From assembly GCA_964035545.1 (NCBI GenBank), contig OZ037766.1, positions 16,358,722-16,422,721 of the forward strand: a DNA stretch of 64,000 bases. Direction: 5' to 3'. A model generated the notes under the pieces. That model was not told the origin of the DNA. It did no database searches and saw only the letters and a program-made list of their open reading frames with translations. Position 1 is the stretch's first letter. Each line of letters starts with the position of its first letter. This document shows, one piece after another, positions 52,360 to 64,000 of the stretch. The position numbers and the translations under genes were made by a program. This DNA comes from Bugula neritina (Eukaryota; Animalia; Bryozoa).

Positions 52360-55300
52360 ATGGAAAGCTCACTCCGAATACTCACCGAAAGCATAGACAG
52401 GCAAGTTGAATATCATGCATCAGTGTTATAGCAGTGATAGTCAAATTCTATATCTACAGCGTACTTTTCAATTGAATATTTTAAATAAAAGCAGTTTACT
52501 GTTTCGCCCATGTTTCTTTTCTTAGCGCACGCACACACACCACCTTGAAAGTCTGCTCAATATTGTACATGAATAACATGCAAATAATGAGAAATTTTGC
52601 AATTTTCCTTAGTACTGACAAAATAACACGTGATTTTATTTTAGGCTTCAGATGCCAAATGGCGAGCCAACATGCATGCTTGCTATCATTTATTAAAGCA
52701 CACTTCCAACAATCCAAACTTAAAAAAGATCAAAACTAAAGGAGGCAAGATAACGAGGGTATGTACTTTCAAAACTTCCTAAATTTTACTGGCAGAACTT
52801 GTATGAAAATATTGACCTTTGGCTTAATTGCAAAATGTGGACCTTCTTTTCTTGCAGTTTAAAAAAATTTAGTGCTATATTTATTCATAGATTGGTGCTC
52901 TTAATATGACGTTACAGCAGCTACCTGTGATAGAGGTTGTTTTATCTCAGCTTTTGGAAGGTGAATATTTTTTTCTTTCATCACGTGTATTCATGGCGCT
53001 ATAACATATACATGTATATACATTTACATTATGTATACACAAAATACTAGCAAGAATACTATTGATTTATATAGTGTTGGCTAACACATTATATTTCTAA
53101 TAATTTTAGTTGCAGCATAAAACATAGTTTTTAAACCTATACATATCAGCATTTTTCTGGATGTTCAAATAACACTGTTGTGTATTGTCCAAAAATATTA
53201 ACTTTTGTTTCTAGTTTAATACGTGTAAAACCTATGCTTAAATAAATAAATTACAGTTTTAATTGCAGCTAAAAATAAACAATTCAACACAAGTGAGTCG
53301 CTGTCTACGGTAAAGTCGGAATTCAGCGCTCTAACCGAGCAAGTTCGTAGGTATGAACTGTTAAGTCTGCTAATGTTTTCACTCAATTGTCGACAAGAGC
53401 TAGATCACAATTGTTTTTGAATGTTTCTAATTATTTAAGTGCAGTTGTGATTTTCCTTATATAGAAATCAAATTGCTAATAAAAGAGTGCACCTTGTACA
53501 AGCTAGTAGTAGCAGTAACAGGATGAGTGCTCGTTCTGACAGCCTTTCAGCATCAGCTTCTTGCAGTGAGGAATTCATTCTAAGTACTCCTTCAAGTGAT
53601 GGGCTACCAAGTAGATCCACTAGTGTTGCCAACTCATGCTTTAGGTTAGTTAACCTCCCTTCTCTATAAAATTCTATTGAAACATATTCAATTACATCCA
53701 TCGTAAGTGTTGAGATTTATATGCTGTTGCAATATAAACAATTTGTTAGAACTGTATAGGGTATAGTCATGCAGTGAATATACAATATAGCTGCAGAGGT
53801 TGTACTTTTCCAGCAGTTATTGTCTATGATCACAGGATATTAAACTCAATAATAACTTGTTGTATTTTTGCTAAGTTGAAAATATTTGAGGTTTCATATA
53901 AGGCTCAGGCTTCACTGCAAGTACAATACTTTTCATCAGGTCTATTTGTATTTTAAGTTTCTTCATGTGCCTATAATTCAATATAGTGAACTGTCTGGTA
54001 CAACAACTGCTCAACTCTCAAGATGCTCTTCACCTGACGAACTTAAATCAAAAGTAGATGATTTTTCTGAAGGTAAGTCTACAAATACTTGCAAGATATA
54101 TTCACTTCTGCACATCCTTTAAAGTTTAAGGCAACATTAAACGTAGAGCCACATGAAGTGGATTTTTGCCCTGGCTGGCAAAATTCTGTACATTGTAAAG
54201 TTGGGCTTTTGTGCAAATTTCTTTCGATCACAATACTGGACAAACACTGCGGAAAGTCTCTGCGGCAATGATCTAATTGGTTGATTGCTTAGCCCACTTG
54301 TTGTGTTTCATGTTTACAGTTTTATTTCAATCATTGTCCCATTGAGAATAACATGAGTGAGGTTTAAAATGGAAACAATTTATACTGCAGGGCAGTAAAA
54401 CCATTGGCAGTTATAGAACTGGTCACTTGAGGTTCACTCCTGCTGACAACATATTGTGCATAGCAGATAGCTCCCACAGGAAACTTTTCAGCTTTGCATG
54501 TGGAATTCTTCTCAATGTAGTCCCAGCCTAATCTGTCAGTGTATAGTAATCATTACTCATCAGTATTAAATTTATTTTACTGGTTTTTGGCTCCATATAA
54601 AATATTGTGCTTTTAGAAATATTTGACGATCTGTATGCATCTGATAGCATGGTAAGTTGCCTTTATGCATTAATTGTATTTGCAGTGCTTGCTGAATAAC
54701 TATTTCACTTGAATGCCACGTTGCTAGTATAAATCAAACTTATTATTCTGTTATTATTACCAAGCTTCTGAGCAGTATTGTCATGCAGGTGTAAATGTTT
54801 GTCTTGTTAACTATTGTATTGTAGTTCAATGAAGACATCAGTGAAGTATTCCCCTCAGTGAGTGGGCAGTCTGTGAACGTTGAGAAGTTTATAGATTTAA
54901 ACTGTTGGACATCATCTCAGACACCCTTCTCACCATCTAATCTGTACAGCAGTCCTGCGGCCAAGTATGTAGTAAAGAGTTGTCTTACCATTTCTTACAT
55001 ATAAATATATACAGTATTAATTTATTGTCTCAAGGTTATAGTTTTATAAATCTACTATATTGTGTAGTATGTTGGCTGTGAATATTATAGTGAATCAGTG
55101 GGTCAATCTAAAAAAAACTCAACATTAGTGAGGATACTAATAAAAAATTACTTGAAGGATTGACTTTAATTGGCAATAGTTTATTGCCTTTTAATTGTCT
55201 CAATGTAATTTATTTATCGGTCTTTCTTACTTATTGGAAACCTGTTTTGTTTTTTGTCTGCTTTACATTTGCTGTTTGTTAGAAGTAGGCTACTGGTATC

Positions 55301-57363
55301 ATACATCAAGTGTTTACTGTTTAGGACAAGAAAACCAGAAAACATTTTCTTCACCAGTGACTTCAGAGAGCAGAATTTAGACGCTAAAGTAACATGTCAG
55401 TTGCAACCGGAGAGCATTGATGTACCTCCTCACTTTAACCAGGTGCTTACCAGCGTTCAGTGTTCTGTAGTTTTAGTAGTTTATTTGTTATTGGGGGCTA
55501 GGAAGTTTACAAATTGAATCAGTTATTACTGTTTTATAGGTTTGCAACATGTCTAAAACCTGTTTCAATGCATTAGTTATATCCCACTTTATTTTCCAAT
55601 TCACAAAACTTATATCTAAAACTTTCAACCACATTATACATTTAATTTTGTTTGTTTAAAATAGTGTAAATTAATTTACATTTCTACCAAATCAATTTTT
55701 AGTGTTGATTATTTTTCTTAAGTCGCAATTTTGCAAATAATAAAATTTAAGAATTTAATAAATCACCTCAAGTGTACTTTTGTGCATATTAGTTTTAAAA
55801 TAACATATTACATAATATTTTATTTCATAAAGTTGTATGTTTGATATTTAAAGGTTGTTAAGAGTGAGCCAACCACACAAACCCTGGAAGATTTGGACCT
55901 GCTACTTGCAGACGATTTTGTAAGAATCGTTCTATACCATACACCATACATTAGATAGGCTTCTCTTTAGAGTTGTGCACACTCATTATAGAGTCTATGC
56001 ACATTATAATAATGACTAAATGTGCAATTAGTTTAGCCTTAGAATTTAAAAATCTTATTTTTACATGAGTAGAACTATGAAGCCGCTATACTATTTTATA
56101 CACTGCACAAGTATGTGTTTATTCACCACACAGGAAATGTACCCGCCTGACATTTCTAGCGAATCCAGTAAGTTACTCAGTGGCCAATCTGATCCAATGA
56201 TGTCACAGATGTACAAGAGGTCATCTAAACTGGCTACGGGAGATTCAGACTCTGTAAACTCTAATAATTTTCCTAAGCAGGTTGGTAGCTCAACTTATAA
56301 TAGGTATAATTTAATTGGGTAAGCATTTGCAGTCTAGAATCTTCTATGTAGATATATTTTGATATGGTGTGGCTAATTAAAAGAATCTATAGATGAAGAT
56401 AAGTTTACCCTATAAGTATATGATTTATAACATATTGGAAGTAAGTTGTTGCCATCTAAATTCTAATAGAATAATATATAGAATTTTTGTACCATGGTTT
56501 TGGTAACTTTTAAAATGTTAATGTCTTAAATTCACACTCAGCACAAAATTTTGAACAAAATTCAATGAATTTTGCATGGCCATTCAAAAAATGTTTGCTA
56601 TAAAAAATTCTACCTATCAATTATTTTTAGTTACTCCATATTTAGGAGAAATTTGTATTTCTCTTCTTTGGAAAAGAAGCTATAAGTAGGTGCATAGTGG
56701 AGAAATTGATAAAAAAATAAGTGTTTTAGATAGAAATGTAGCAGAAAAAAGTTATGTTCTTACAAGAATTTTAATCCTAACTCGCCCTGAAATTCATCAG
56801 AAAATTTAGAAACCTAAAATATTTACATTGAATGAATATGTATTTTTAATATGTACATTGTCAGCTAGTTTATTTTCTATTCTTCGTTTATATATTTATT
56901 GTACCATAGTGTTATAATAGGCCTGCATTATAATTTTTAATGATACACATCTTTTTTATATTTGAGCTAAGGATAATACTTAAATTTAGTAATTACTGCT
57001 TTGTATTCTCATTATTAGTAATGCTCAAAGATGTTGTTAGTACTTGTTAACTTTGCCGGGCACACTGTAATATCATCTTGGAATATCTATCTTCTTTCAT
57101 ATACAGAGCACATTTGTCTCTTTGATATTGATTTTTCTTTTTATATGCAAAATTGTCTTAATTCTATGCCCATACGGTACCCAAGTGGTGTAGTAATTGT
57201 ATGCTTCTGTGAATTTTATTATAATAGTGTCACAATTAATCATATTAGTGCAGCAAAAATTTACCCAGTAAGCTTGAACATTTCATTTGACTTACTGGAT
57301 TATTTCTTGTAGGAAATTGGTAGTCCTTGGAAGATGGAGACCATAGAAATTAGCTTCTCTTAG
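52360..57363 (+). CDS. Unrecognised Ser/acidic-rich protein, about 287 aa, 9 coding exons (52360-52400, 53465-53644, 53987-54072, 54617-54651, 54825-54964, 55325-55442, 55854-55919, 56134-56280, 57313-57363)
   Basis: Eight consecutive junctions are phase-consistent and give an 864-nt open frame MESSLRILTESID...METIEISFS*; the first intron has a GC donor (AG|GCAAGT); in-frame TGA upstream of the ATG. No domain recognised. Confidence 0.72.
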
Positions 57364-58192
57364 AAGCTTTATTTCTCAGTACCTTAAGCCTCTGGGGTGC
57401 ATGGCTTCTTTAGGTTCAGCAAAAGAGCTAGGCTAGTGGTTCGGCAAAGCTTGTGTTTATATTTCATTTTTATAATTTGACTTGATTGATGCCAGTCTTT
57501 TTGATAAAAATCTATATTTGGATAGCAATATATTATTATGCATTAATAATTCAACTGTTAAAATAAACCTGTTCTGTGGCAAAAATAATTTTAGATAATA
57601 AATCATGTTTCAAAAATGTATTTTATTCAAGTTTTGAATATTTGAATTGAGGTCAACACCTTTGCACCCAGCAAGCAGTTATTTCCCATTTGTAGTAGGA
57701 ATGTCAACGTATGAGACTAATTATTACCTAGTCATTAACATGATTTCTACATCATTGTCATGTGTGTAGTGTAAGATTATCAGATAATAGAACTTAGTTT
57801 ATTTCTATAGACAATATCATTACACGCAATAACAAAGTAACAAAAGTAAATTATTTCTAAAAATGCAATGCTCACAACAGTAAAAAAATAAAAGGATGAT
57901 ACATGTTCAAAAGAATAGCAGCTAAAACAATTATAAGATTTGTGGTCTCTATTATGCAATATCAAAAGGTATGTCATGAATAATATATTTTGAATAATTT
58001 AGAAATTAGATTCACTATACGTACCAGAAAATAATATTATTTCAAACCATTCAACAATATAATGCACATACTACATAATAGAATAATAACTAATTTCAAG
58101 TAAATAAATGTGAAGTGAAGTTCCTAAAACAAATTGAGGTTTGATTGTTTTTTGACTAGATTACAAGATTGAATTTTAGCATAGCAATGGAA

Positions 58193-63584
<5,392 letters not shown>

Positions 63585-64000
63585 CTAAAAATGAAAAAAT
63601 AATTATAATTTAACATAAGCACCAAGCTTGTCAATTGTAAGATTTATTGGATTAGTTAGTGCAACAAAGGTGGTGTAATACCTACAATATTTTTTTAGGA
63701 ACAATCCTTAGAAGATTAGTGTAACTTACACTATTACATATTAATGATATTATACAACATAAAAAATATATATAATTAAATATCAATTTGCACTAGCAAG
63801 CCAATTCAAATTATACCAATTACATATTAAATTTAACAGACTCGAGACCAAGTCATGGATGATTGAATGACTTGACTCAAACTCAAACTGAAAGGTTTTT
63901 GTCTGGATCAAACTAGATTGGCCACAAACTAGATTTGCTGCGAGTTGACAATACTCAGTCATCATTAGTTTTTGCAAATTAAAAATAGAATAAAACTAGG

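Noticed and set aside
63783-63977. 64-aa ORF as the KIAA0930 first exon
   Set aside because: No resemblance to the family N-terminus and no convincing phase-1 donor; the start is probably outside the window.

Overview
AT-rich, intron-containing animal (invertebrate-type) genomic DNA; no prokaryotic features, CRISPR array, rRNA or tRNA gene seen. (1) About 0.8-18.4 kb is a dense mosaic of short, decayed transposon fragments from many superfamilies (Gypsy, pogo/Tigger, PHD-ORF1 LINE, BEL/Pao x3, hAT, IS3EU-like, R2-like, probable Harbinger). Essentially all are coded on the minus strand, which suggests a unistrand piRNA-cluster-like trap, possibly inside a giant first intron of LRRC42. (2) Five spliced host genes were reconstructed by hand with phase-consistent exons: LRRC42 (+), MRPL39 (+), an HCN/Ih channel (-, one unresolved junction), an unrecognised 287-aa Ser-rich gene (+) and a 5'-partial KIAA0930 homologue (-). 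(3) A young 3.1-kb non-autonomous Gypsy element has an intact gag, a tRNA-Leu PBS, a UUUAAAC -1 frameshift signal and an ATAT TSD, and a related solo LTR sits in an (AT)n tract. (4) Unusual strand-symmetric tracts with TNA every 6 bp sit at the presumed promoters. (5) Intronic MITEs, a second solo LTR, satellites, a 366-bp foldback and two GC-AG introns are also present. All family assignments come from motif recognition by eye, not database searches.
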